Below, piece after piece: positions 15,760 to 24,347 of a stretch of 32,536 bases of DNA (position 1 is the first letter of the stretch; every line of letters begins with the position of its first letter). The translations under genes and the position numbers were made by a program. Source of the stretch: a virus. Its lineage: Duplodnaviria > Caudoviricetes. The stretch is from IMG/VR virus record IMGVR_UViG_3300025508_000088, positions 1 through 32,536 of that record; one strand, written 5' to 3'. The notes below the pieces were generated by a model. That model was not told where the DNA came from, did not search any database, and saw nothing but the letters and a program-made list of their open reading frames with translations.

Positions 15760-16192
15760 ATCAATAGCAAACCTAGCAGCCGCGATGGCTGCGGCACAGG
15801 GGGAGATGGGCGCAGCAGTTAAGGGCTCGGCCAACCCATTCTTTAAATCTAAGTACGCATCACTAGGTGATGTCATCGAGGCTGTCAAAGCCCCGTTCGC
15901 AGCGCATGGATTAAGCTATGTGCAGTTCCCTGTCAGTGGTGAGGGCTCTGTCGGCCTAGCTACTAGGCTGATGCATTCCTCTGGCGAGTGGCTAGAGCAG
16001 TCGTTTTTTATACCTCTCTCCAAGATGGATGCACAGGCTGCGGGCTCTGCTATAACGTACGCAAGACGGTACGCTTTACAGTCCATAGCAGGTATCCCTT
16101 CCGAGGATGACGATGGCAACGCCGCTTCTGTTAAGCAGCCCCATCCATCACACCCTTCGCGCCAGAAGCCTGACACAGAGTTCGGATTCTAA
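15746..16192 (+). CDS. erf: ERF-family ssDNA annealing protein
   Basis: NPFFKSKYASL, GSAITYARRYAL, EDDDGN signature motifs. Confidence 0.9.
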   Translation: MKQSESIANLAAAMAAAQGEMGAAVKGSANPFFKSKYASLGDVIEAVKAPFAAHGLSYVQFPVSGEGSVGLATRLMHSSGEWLEQSFFIPLSKMDAQAAGSAITYARRYALQSIAGIPSEDDDGNAASVKQPHPSHPSRQKPDTEFGF

Positions 16193-16341
16193 TGCGCAAG
16201 GACATACGGTGCGAGACTTGCAAAGCGTTGGTAGCGCCGCAGTACTACCCGTTCTGCAAGCCTTGCAAAGAGCTGATAGATCTAACTAACAAACTATGGA
16301 TGAGTCATGAAAAAGATAGAGTGCGAACAGGGCAGCGCTGA
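16192..16341 (+). CDS. YacG-like zinc-finger protein, 49 aa (not in ORF track)
   Basis: MRKDIRCETCKALVAPQYYPFCKPCKELIDLTNKLW...; TAATG coupling to the erf stop. Confidence 0.55.
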   Translation: MRKDIRCETCKALVAPQYYPFCKPCKELIDLTNKLWMSHEKDRVRTGQR

Positions 16342-16906
16342 GTGGCTAACAGCTAGGCTAGGTGTCCCATCGGCCTCACAGTTTTCGAAGATTGTCACCG
16401 GCAAGGGAGGCAAGTCTACGCAGGTTGAGGCTTACATCAATCAGCTAGTCGCTGAAGAGTTAACAGGCGAGACCACCTTGGTTTACGTCAACGAACACAT
16501 GAAGCGTGGCACGGAATTAGAGCCCGATGCCCGTGAATTGTACGAAGCCTTGACAGGTACTACTGTTCAGGAATTGGGATTCTGTCTGCACGACACTGTG
16601 AACGCAGGTTGTTCGCCAGACGGATTAGTGGGGGAGGACGGCGGGCTAGAAATCAAATGCCCTGCCCCTGCTACGCATGTGGAGTGGGTGAAAGCAGGAG
16701 TCCTGCCTTCCAAGCACTTGCAGCAGATCATGGGGTGCTTGTGGATCACAGGCCGTCAGTGGTGGGACTTCATGTCCTATCACCCAACCATGAAACCTCT
16801 GATCGTTCGCGTAGAGCGTGACGAGGAATACATAGCAGCATTGGCAGAACATGTAACCAATGCAGCATTAAAAATCAAACAAGATGTTAACCAATACTTC
16901 CAGTAG
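16307..16906 (+). CDS. YqaJ / lambda-exonuclease family protein
   Basis: QGSAEWLTARLG..SAS, MKRGTELEPDAR, GCSPDG, LEIKCP, QIMGCLW. Confidence 0.9.
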   Translation: MKKIECEQGSAEWLTARLGVPSASQFSKIVTGKGGKSTQVEAYINQLVAEELTGETTLVYVNEHMKRGTELEPDARELYEALTGTTVQELGFCLHDTVNAGCSPDGLVGEDGGLEIKCPAPATHVEWVKAGVLPSKHLQQIMGCLWITGRQWWDFMSYHPTMKPLIVRVERDEEYIAALAEHVTNAALKIKQDVNQYFQ

Positions 16907-16915
16907 GAGAATACG

Positions 16916-17158
16916 ATGAGTGATTACGATGATACAAACCGTGGCGCGCTGTTCCGTAACGAGCGCAAAGAAGCAGAGACCCATGCCGATTACAACGGTA
17001 CGATCAATGTTAACGGTCAAGAGTTCTGGATTAATTCGTGGCTTAAAGAGTCTAAGGGCGGCAAGAAATACATGAGCCTGTCAGTAAAGCCGAAGGATGC
17101 TGCTATCGCTAAGCCCGCTCCTGCCGCTACTGTTTCTCTCGAAGATATACCCTTTTAA
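16916..17158 (+). CDS. Small phage single-stranded DNA-binding protein (putative)
   Basis: RGALFRN..K....ADYNGTI...WINSWLK..KGGKKYMSLSV with an acidic EDIPF tail. Confidence 0.75.
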   Translation: MSDYDDTNRGALFRNERKEAETHADYNGTINVNGQEFWINSWLKESKGGKKYMSLSVKPKDAAIAKPAPAATVSLEDIPF

Positions 17159-17164
17159 TTTATC

Positions 17165-17180
17165 GGGGGCGCAAGCCCCC
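17165..17180 (+). terminator. GNRA-loop hairpin after the SSB gene
   Basis: GGGGGC-GCAA-GCCCCC followed by TTATCCTT. Confidence 0.55.
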
Positions 17181-17198
17181 TTATCCTTGGAGGATGAC

Positions 17199-17666
17199 AT
17201 GAAAAGACCAGTAAAAAACGTAGCACTAAAAATGACGCAATCGCACTTTGACTTGCTTCGGCAGTACAAAGATACCTGCGGCCTGTTAAATCTAAGCGAG
17301 GCCGTAGAGAAATTAATCTCTCACAACCTGCCTCTAGAAGAGGCCGAACCTGAAGAAGCGAAGCAGCCCACTAGCCAGTATGCGATAGAGGATAACCTAG
17401 AAATATTCTCCGCTCAGACCCCTAAGAGCCCCTACGCTATAGAGGATCAGTTTAGTGTGCCGAACTTAAAGCATCCGCGATTAAGTTCTTTGCGCGAAAC
17501 AATGACTCCAGTGGTTGAAAAGATGAAGAAAGGCCAGTCTATCTTGGTGCAGACTGACAAAGAAAGGCAGCGCTTTTCCGACATCATGAACTCTCTTAAC
17601 CGTAAGTACGCCACTCGCGAAATCAAACATAACGGCACAAAGGCTTACCGTTGTTGGGCTGTTTAG
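17199..17666 (+). CDS. Putative DNA-binding protein with an N-terminal ribbon-helix-helix-like domain
   Basis: Start ATG 17199 after GGAGG; KNVALKMTQSHFDLL...NLSEAVEKLI fits the RHH pattern; basic C-terminal domain MKKGQS...YATR...YRCW. Confidence 0.55.
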   Translation: MKRPVKNVALKMTQSHFDLLRQYKDTCGLLNLSEAVEKLISHNLPLEEAEPEEAKQPTSQYAIEDNLEIFSAQTPKSPYAIEDQFSVPNLKHPRLSSLRETMTPVVEKMKKGQSILVQTDKERQRFSDIMNSLNRKYATREIKHNGTKAYRCWAV

Positions 17667-17676
17667 GGAGATAATC

Positions 17677-17898
17677 ATGCACATAGGCCACGCAATTAGA
17701 TGCGCGCATGCAGTTAAAAACATAAAGCACATCCGAGTGGCGCAGCAGATAGGAGTGAGTGCAGCTAACTACTCGCACTCACTTACCCAAAAGGGTATGC
17801 AAGTAAAACGCTACAAAGAAATCTGTGACGCGCTTGGCATGACGATGGATCAGGTGTTCAAAATAGGAGAAGAGTATGTTGACGGCAACTCAAACTAA
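17677..17898 (+). CDS. Cro/XRE-like helix-turn-helix protein
   Basis: IGHAIR...VAQQIGVS...EICDALGMTMDQVF; no S24 peptidase domain. Confidence 0.7.
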   Translation: MHIGHAIRCAHAVKNIKHIRVAQQIGVSAANYSHSLTQKGMQVKRYKEICDALGMTMDQVFKIGEEYVDGNSN

Positions 17899-18052
17899 CC
17901 AAGAGGTGCGCGAGCGCCTAGAGAAAGACCTAGAAATCTACTTCGCGAAAGGGGGTACGGTAAAGGAGTTTCCATCCTGCACTTACTCCGACCACGTTAT
18001 GAGCGAGAAGCAAAGGTTTGACGCGAGGTACGGGCAGAGGTCAGTAAGATGA
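17876..18052 (+). CDS. SutA-like RNA-polymerase-binding protein, 58 aa (not in ORF track)
   Basis: MLTATQTNQEVRERLEKDLEIYFAKGGTVKEFP...FDARYGQRSVR; AGGAG RBS; ATGA overlap with the next gene. Confidence 0.65.
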   Translation: MLTATQTNQEVRERLEKDLEIYFAKGGTVKEFPSCTYSDHVMSEKQRFDARYGQRSVR

Positions 18053-18471
18053 CAGACATCAATCAGGGGGAGTTCTGGGTCGTAGATGATAGGCGTTCTC
18101 TGGAAAGCTTTATCAAGATGATGACTACGATGTACGATGAGAAGAAGTATCTCACACTCAAGATCAAGGGCGGTAAGACCAGAACATCCGCCCAGAACAA
18201 CGCGCTGCATGTGTACTGCCGACTACTGAGCGAGAAGCTTAACGAGTCAGGACTAGACATGAAGAAGGTAATCAAACAGGAGGTAGACATTCCGTGGTCT
18301 ACTTCCTTGGTGAAAGAATACTTGTGGAAGCCCGTGCAGACTGTTGTCACGGGCGAGGAGTCTACCGCGAAGGTGGCGTCAGAGGATTACCATAGAGTGT
18401 ACTCTGTACTCAGCAGACACCTCAGTGAGAAATTTGGTGTGCATGTAGAGTTCCCGAGCAGAAAACCATGA
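18049..18471 (+). CDS. NinB/Orf-like recombination accessory protein
   Basis: RTSAQNNALH motif, ESTAKV, C-terminal GVHVEFP. Confidence 0.65.
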   Translation: MTDINQGEFWVVDDRRSLESFIKMMTTMYDEKKYLTLKIKGGKTRTSAQNNALHVYCRLLSEKLNESGLDMKKVIKQEVDIPWSTSLVKEYLWKPVQTVVTGEESTAKVASEDYHRVYSVLSRHLSEKFGVHVEFPSRKP

Positions 18472-18647
18472 TACTATTTGCAGAGTTTCAAGACGCTCTA
18501 GAAGAAGCCAAATGGTGTGCTGATAATGAGCAGCAAGCCTACGCGATTGTCGTTTATAAGACGGGCTTTCGCGTAAGTAAGCGTTCTAGAATGTACCAAT
18601 ACAAAGGCATAGTGTTAGAAATCGGACACCGTGAGGACGCATCATGA
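18468..18647 (+). CDS. Hypothetical protein, 59 aa (not in ORF track)
   Basis: MILFAEFQDALEEAKWCA...VLEIGHREDAS; ATGA overlaps at both ends. Confidence 0.7.
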   Translation: MILFAEFQDALEEAKWCADNEQQAYAIVVYKTGFRVSKRSRMYQYKGIVLEIGHREDAS

Positions 18648-18844
18648 ATGACAAAATGCAGTATGATCCACCAGAAGACGTTAAGGCTGTGGCTAGCGCA
18701 TACTCGCTTAACTCCAAGCTGTTTAGCATAGCGCTAATTAAACTGCGCTACGATAAAATGAATACTGCTAGCCAGATCCGAGCCGAGAAAACCATGTTTG
18801 CATTGCTTCACGAGAGAAACTGGGATGCCAAGAGCGACAGATAG
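18644..18844 (+). CDS. Hypothetical protein
   Basis: 66 aa; GAGG RBS; ATGA overlap. Confidence 0.65.
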   Translation: MNDKMQYDPPEDVKAVASAYSLNSKLFSIALIKLRYDKMNTASQIRAEKTMFALLHERNWDAKSDR

Positions 18845-19283
18845 GCGCGTAAAGCGCAAGTCTAAACCTAAGACTAAGACCTCGGCACAGCTTAAGCAGG
18901 AGTGCTATAGGGCGATACAGAAGCTCGCGAGGATAGCTGCGGCAGATGATCAAGGTTATTGCTCTTGTGTCTCCTGCGGCGTTACAAAGCACTACAAGGA
19001 CATGCAGGGTGGACACTTTATCCCCAAGGGCAACTCGTCTTACTGGGCGCTAGAGATAGAGAACATCCATCCGCAGTGCGCAGGGTGCAACATGTGGGGT
19101 ATGAGGCATGGTTCTGCTGCTCAAGAGTATACGATGTGGATGGAAGACATGTACGGCAGAGACTTTGTCAAGGACATGATTGCAAAAAAGTCGTCCCCCG
19201 TGAAGCGATACAAGGCAGATTACGAGCAACTGTTGGCCGAGTTTATTGAGCTTATTCGTAAGCACGAGAGGAGGATCGCATGA
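18825..19283 (+). CDS. ninG: NinG/Rap-family HNH-type junction endonuclease
   Basis: CSCVSCG, QGGHFIP, NIHPQCAGCN motifs. Confidence 0.85.
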   Translation: MPRATDRRVKRKSKPKTKTSAQLKQECYRAIQKLARIAAADDQGYCSCVSCGVTKHYKDMQGGHFIPKGNSSYWALEIENIHPQCAGCNMWGMRHGSAAQEYTMWMEDMYGRDFVKDMIAKKSSPVKRYKADYEQLLAEFIELIRKHERRIA

Positions 19284-19747
19284 ATTTCTATCAGGCTGTT
19301 GCCGAGCTAGCCAAGACACATGGCAATGCTCGTAAGAACCTACACAACCCACACACGGAACAGAATGCGTTGGTGGAAGACCAAGACCCAATCGGCATGA
19401 TGGGCGAGCTATACTTCGCTTTGATGTATGGTTACGCAGCAGACCTAAAAGAAAAAATCTCAGGTGATGATGGTTACGATTTCACAATTCCGCTAAAGTT
19501 TACAGTAGATATAAAGACAACAGTTAAAACGCCGAACGCTAAGAATCTATTCGTCAAGCAAGGCACGGTCAAAGCTGACATATACGTCCTAGCAATGTAC
19601 GATGATGAGAAAGTAGACTTACTTGGGTGGGCTTGGGGGAAAGAATTACTAGCAATTACCCCTCGCGACTTTGGTAGGGGTAATATTAACCACTATATAC
19701 CCATAGAAAAGCTAAGACCTATGGACTCGTTAACCGTAAGGATGTGA
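19280..19747 (+). CDS. Putative PD-(D/E)xK nuclease-fold protein
   Basis: GMMGELYFA...DDGYDF...VDIKTT, ADIYVLA, LLGWAWG. Confidence 0.5.
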   Translation: MNFYQAVAELAKTHGNARKNLHNPHTEQNALVEDQDPIGMMGELYFALMYGYAADLKEKISGDDGYDFTIPLKFTVDIKTTVKTPNAKNLFVKQGTVKADIYVLAMYDDEKVDLLGWAWGKELLAITPRDFGRGNINHYIPIEKLRPMDSLTVRM

Positions 19748-19750
19748 CAT

Positions 19751-19972
19751 ATGGACGAAGAAATTTACATAGAGATGGTGTCTTCAGACGAAGCATACGA
19801 GTGGATCAACGACATGATACAAACCCTTGAGGGTCATGACCGTGACGTTGTTGGCACTATAGCTTTAATGCTAGAAGACCTGACCGAGTTCGTAAACAAG
19901 AACGACTTCATGAGAAAACATTTCATGCAGTTTGTAGAAGACAAGCACGAGAATGAGGAGTTACTACATTGA
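19751..19972 (+). CDS. Acidic hypothetical protein
   Basis: 73 aa, D/E-rich; packed between neighbours. Confidence 0.65.
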   Translation: MDEEIYIEMVSSDEAYEWINDMIQTLEGHDRDVVGTIALMLEDLTEFVNKNDFMRKHFMQFVEDKHENEELLH

Positions 19973-20220
19973 GCGCAACAGACCATCAGGTGGCAGGTGA
20001 CCACTACAAGAAGCTAAAGATTCAGCCTATTGAGTACATCCTCGCGAATGAGATGCAGTTCTGTGAAGGGGCGATTATCAAGTACATCTCTCGGTGGAGA
20101 GACAAAGGTGGGATCGAAGACCTGCGCAAGATAAAACACTTCTGCGACTTCTTGATTGAGAACGAGGTGAAGGAAGCGCCCCTCACTAACATGAGCGAGA
20201 GGCGCGTCCCGAAGTTTTAG
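19969..20220 (+). CDS. DUF3310-family protein (T7 gp1.7 nucleotide-kinase-like)
   Basis: QVAGDHY...QPIEYI...FCEGAIIKYISRWRDKGGIEDLRK. Confidence 0.85.
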   Translation: MSATDHQVAGDHYKKLKIQPIEYILANEMQFCEGAIIKYISRWRDKGGIEDLRKIKHFCDFLIENEVKEAPLTNMSERRVPKF

Positions 20221-23132
20221 TCTCTGTAGCGCTCGCGTTCTTCTTTCTCTAAGAACGCTTCAGCGCCGCCGCCTAAGAAGTTGTATAGCCCCTGACCTGC
20301 GACTGGCAAACTTCTTAACGCCTTAGGGTCTACTGGCTCGCCTTTAAACAAAGACTCCACAGTTGAAAATATGTCCCGCCCCGCGTTTGACAAAGCTGTT
20401 GTAGGTGGAGACACAACGTCTTGCACTGTGCCTATTATGTCGCCTCTGAGTAGCTTGTTTTCTACCGTATACCTCGATGTCAGCAAAGTGCCTAACGCAA
20501 ACTTTATTGCGTTGTCAGGTATTCTCTCGGCATCAACACCTCTGCCTTTGATAGCGTTCTTAAACTCTTCTACCGCCACAGACCCGCCGCCAACCAAGGT
20601 CGCATAAGATAGCAGAATTTTACCCGCTTCTTTGTAGTTGCCTTTGTCGTATTCTGTGCCAATACTATTGCGCAACATGTCTAGTTGCTTGATGGCAAAA
20701 CTTTTTAAGTTATAAAGGATTCTTCCGTTTGGGTTTTCCAGATAAGCTAACGGCATTTCAAGTAACGAAATAGGCTGATGTCCTGACAACTCGCTAAACA
20801 TTAACAGCTTTACGTTTTCTGATACCCGCCCTCGCGCAAGGTCTTGCACCAGTCCGTTAAACTCTGCGCCAAACACATCACCCCATTTATCTTTAAGTTT
20901 TGCAACCCCCGCTGTTGTTTTGGCAAGATTTTTGTTCATCTTAAATGCCGCTTCTAATGCGGTGTTTTTTCCAAGTCTATCCATTGCTTTAAAGCCCGAG
21001 TATTTTAAAGCGCCATCCAATACCCCTGCCAAACTGCTAGGGTTGTTCATGTCTTCTGCAATGATATTAGTTAAGCCAAGTTTTTCTACGTTAATATCGC
21101 CGCGACCAGTAATGCCTTTTACTACAGAGCCTAGCGTATTCTTAATTCCGTATCGGTGAGCTGCAACAAACAAGTCTCCTAGCTGAGTAGCAGCAGAGAA
21201 TGGGTTGCCGAGAAGTATCATGTTGCTGACTGCTTTTAAGTCATTAAAAAATTGACCAAGTTTTCCCGCCGGCTGAGTCCCCGCCTCAAGTCTTGCTGAT
21301 AAAAACTTTTGTAGTTGTTTTACTTCTGCGGAGTTGATGTCACCAGAATCAAACAAGTCATTAGCTAATGCTCCGATGCTTTCGCTAATGTTCATTTCTC
21401 CTTCATCGCTTTTTAGCGCAGACACATTGTTAAATAATCTTTTAGTCTCTGTGTCATTGGTCATTCGTGTGATGTATTTTGTCAAAGCGTTAGTGGGCGA
21501 TTCGTAATTCTTAATGAGATCAGAATCTAACACCGCAATTTCGCGCCGCTTATATTGATTAGGTGTAGTTTCTTTAATGGAATACCTAACATCATTTTTT
21601 AAGAATGCTTCCATCACAGAAGTTTTTTGCGCTTGAGTTAAGTCAGACACTTCTCTGTTCATAGAATTAGCTTTGTCTTTGAACATCTTGTCTAGTCTGC
21701 TGTTTTCTATATTGCTTAACCCTAGATCAAGTCTTGTTTTTTCTACATCTTTATTTATGCGAGGAAAATAGTCAGGAATTTCTCTGGCATTTTCATCTAT
21801 CGTGAGTCTTGATTCATGAATATCTTTTAAAGTTCTTTTAACGCCATCCATAATATCCAGAACGGATCTAGACTCCCCAGTTAGTCTTCCACCGATGCGC
21901 ACCTCATTGATACCGTAATTAGATGCTAGCTCTATTGCGCCATCGTAATCACCATTGGCAAGTAGTGTTGCGTATGCGTCTTTTTGGTTGGCAGGTATGG
22001 CTTTCTCTATTTTTTCAAAGCCTTGTATGTTTTTCATGTATGTGGCGTTGCGAGTAAGAGTTCTAAGCTCAAACTCTTGCATTGACTTGTATAATTCAGG
22101 GCTGATTTTTTTAATACCCGTAGAAACAGAGCCCAACATATCTGCCACCCAACCTTGCGGCACTGCGGCAACGTCAAGTGTATGTTGAAATTCTTTAATA
22201 GCATTTGCTATTTCGGGAGTTGGCAAATCAAATGTTTCGGTGGCAGTGCCTAATACTTTGATCGCTTCTTTAGGCTCAATGCCCAACCGAGACACAGCGC
22301 CAATTACAGGGTTGTCAAGATCTAAACCCTCTGCTCGCATTTCAATTATTTTAGAATTAATCTCTACCATTTTTTCGTTAGCCGCGAGTGTGTCGGCCTC
22401 GGTTCGTCTGGCGTTTAATGCGGTTTTTAATCTATTGTAATTTGGCTTAATGGCTCTGATGGCTTTGTCTGCCATTGTTCCAAACGCTGCTCCGCCCGTT
22501 GTGGCTAGGCCGGTCATGGCGTAATCAATCTCGCCATCTTCAGCAAGACCTCTAGTAGCTTCGTACCCTCCTGCTAGAAGACCACTAATTGCAGCGACTT
22601 GTTTTAATCCTTTGCCTACGGGAGATAAAGTTGAGGGATCTGCTATGCCCTTTACAACTGCGCCAAAAAGTCCCATGCCACCAGTGCTTTCGCCATCTAT
22701 CCTTGCTCTTTGATAAAGCTCAGGATATTTAGCTTGATAAACTTTTTGTCTGTATTCTTGAATTCGCTGACGCTTTTCATCGTAAGAAAGATCATCGTAG
22801 TCTTCGCCGTATGCTTCGCTCGGGCTTGTATAAAAACCATTGCCCTCATTGGAAGGATCGCCAAAGTAACCCATAGGGATTGCGGCTTCTGCTAACAATG
22901 CAATATTGCCAGTGAGATTTGGCGAAGTATTAAACTCGAACGCAAACCTTTCCATGCCAGAAAAATCATCAACTAAAGTGTCGGCAGCAGCAGTCTCTTG
23001 AGGCTCGTTAACTGTGTCGCCCTGACTGCTAAGGTGTGTTTTAATGGAAGAAATTATATCCTGTTCTGCCGTACCCGCAGGAAAACTAGCCACACTGCCA
23101 TCAGGAAGATTAACTAAAATCATTTCATCCAT
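20217..23132 (-). CDS. Large internal virion (ejection) protein
   Basis: 971 aa, last of three helical genes after the nozzle; N-terminal VNLPDG...FPAGT, DYFPR motif, Gly/Ala-rich hydrophobic segments. Confidence 0.7.
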   Translation of the reverse strand: MDEMILVNLPDGSVASFPAGTAEQDIISSIKTHLSSQGDTVNEPQETAAADTLVDDFSGMERFAFEFNTSPNLTGNIALLAEAAIPMGYFGDPSNEGNGFYTSPSEAYGEDYDDLSYDEKRQRIQEYRQKVYQAKYPELYQRARIDGESTGGMGLFGAVVKGIADPSTLSPVGKGLKQVAAISGLLAGGYEATRGLAEDGEIDYAMTGLATTGGAAFGTMADKAIRAIKPNYNRLKTALNARRTEADTLAANEKMVEINSKIIEMRAEGLDLDNPVIGAVSRLGIEPKEAIKVLGTATETFDLPTPEIANAIKEFQHTLDVAAVPQGWVADMLGSVSTGIKKISPELYKSMQEFELRTLTRNATYMKNIQGFEKIEKAIPANQKDAYATLLANGDYDGAIELASNYGINEVRIGGRLTGESRSVLDIMDGVKRTLKDIHESRLTIDENAREIPDYFPRINKDVEKTRLDLGLSNIENSRLDKMFKDKANSMNREVSDLTQAQKTSVMEAFLKNDVRYSIKETTPNQYKRREIAVLDSDLIKNYESPTNALTKYITRMTNDTETKRLFNNVSALKSDEGEMNISESIGALANDLFDSGDINSAEVKQLQKFLSARLEAGTQPAGKLGQFFNDLKAVSNMILLGNPFSAATQLGDLFVAAHRYGIKNTLGSVVKGITGRGDINVEKLGLTNIIAEDMNNPSSLAGVLDGALKYSGFKAMDRLGKNTALEAAFKMNKNLAKTTAGVAKLKDKWGDVFGAEFNGLVQDLARGRVSENVKLLMFSELSGHQPISLLEMPLAYLENPNGRILYNLKSFAIKQLDMLRNSIGTEYDKGNYKEAGKILLSYATLVGGGSVAVEEFKNAIKGRGVDAERIPDNAIKFALGTLLTSRYTVENKLLRGDIIGTVQDVVSPPTTALSNAGRDIFSTVESLFKGEPVDPKALRSLPVAGQGLYNFLGGGAEAFLEKEERERYRD

Positions 23133-23135
23133 GTG

Positions 23136-24344
23136 TTAACCTCCTGTGGATTTGAGTTTGCCAGTTTCGGGGTCATATTCTAGCGCAGGTTTAACAGACG
23201 ATTGCTCGCTAGCGTTTGGCATGTAGACTCCTGCCGCAACATCCTCGCGGTTCATGCCCTCAACTATTTGAATTGCTGCTTGCTGAGAAATGCCACGCTC
23301 TTGCGAAATAAAATCAATTAAGTTTGCTAGAGAATCTATAGTAATAGCTTGGTCTCCTGCAAACCATTTAGTGCTGTCTGTAAAAGCCTTTAATGTTGGA
23401 TTTTTTCTTATTGTTTGTTTTAGCGCCACGCCTGATGCGTTTGGCATTCTAGTTGGCTTAAAAACTGACCCAAGCGGTGGTTGGCTAGACGCTAGATTCA
23501 ACTTAGTAACTTCATTGTCATTGTTAGGGTCAATAACAATATTGTAGTTTTCCATTCTGCCTGTTTCAGAGTTCATAAATCTAGCAGTTGTGTAGCGTAA
23601 GCTATTAGGATCACCAGATATTAATTTTTCTAATTTGGCAGGAGTAAACATGCCCGACAAAACCGCATCGTGCAGCATTTTTTCTTCTGGTATATCTTGA
23701 TTGTAAGTTGCCGCTAGTTGTTTTTCTAACTCGGTTTTACCTTCGCGCACTGTCTTTGCTGCCGCAGCACTAGTTTCCGCGTTCTCTAAATTTAAGACTT
23801 GTAACGCTTGCTGAGTTGCATTACTTTCTTTCCATTCATTAAATCTTGTGACGCGCTCTTCTGCTGCATCAATTGCACGATCTTCTCCTCTTGCTGCACG
23901 ATCTGCCGACTCTTGCTGCAATAGATCTGCGGTATCTTGTCTAGATACTTGTCTGGCTTTATCCGCCAGTTCAACTGTTTTTTGAGATGCCGCTGCTCGC
24001 AAAGCTGCTGCTTGAACAGGATTAGTGGACTGTAAAATTTCCGCAGCTTGACGCATTCCCAAAGGCGTAGACATGTCTAACCGTGCAATCTGCTCGCCTA
24101 TTTTTTCGCCACTACTTCTTGGATCTAACCCAAGCATAGGTTGTACGCCACGGCGCAAGTCTTCGTTGCGTTGTACGCCTAGCTGACCTGCTGTTTGAGC
24201 AAGAGGGGCTGCTGCTCTAGCTAATCCGGTAAGATTAGAAGACAGCAACTTACCCTGCATCATGCCTTGCTGTAGCAGCTTCTCTTGACGTTGCTTAGGC
24301 GTATCAATAATGTCCGCAAAAAGTGTGTTTATATTAATAGCCAT
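23136..24344 (-). CDS. Internal virion (ejection) protein
   Basis: 402 aa, Ala/Gln-rich helical protein in the expected syntenic position. Confidence 0.6.
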   Translation of the reverse strand: MAININTLFADIIDTPKQRQEKLLQQGMMQGKLLSSNLTGLARAAAPLAQTAGQLGVQRNEDLRRGVQPMLGLDPRSSGEKIGEQIARLDMSTPLGMRQAAEILQSTNPVQAAALRAAASQKTVELADKARQVSRQDTADLLQQESADRAARGEDRAIDAAEERVTRFNEWKESNATQQALQVLNLENAETSAAAAKTVREGKTELEKQLAATYNQDIPEEKMLHDAVLSGMFTPAKLEKLISGDPNSLRYTTARFMNSETGRMENYNIVIDPNNDNEVTKLNLASSQPPLGSVFKPTRMPNASGVALKQTIRKNPTLKAFTDSTKWFAGDQAITIDSLANLIDFISQERGISQQAAIQIVEGMNREDVAAGVYMPNASEQSSVKPALEYDPETGKLKSTGG

Positions 24345-24347
24345 TGT

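Noticed and set aside
17677-17898. CI-type lysogeny repressor
   Set aside because: HTH only, no peptidase domain, co-oriented within the middle operon, and no divergent cro partner or integrase.
12742-18824. Longest-ORF starts in the track at 12742, 13425, 14093, 15085, 17097 and 18798
   Set aside because: Downstream ATGs (12796, 13494, 14108, 15112, 17199, 18825) have better RBSs, stop/start coupling or smaller overlaps.
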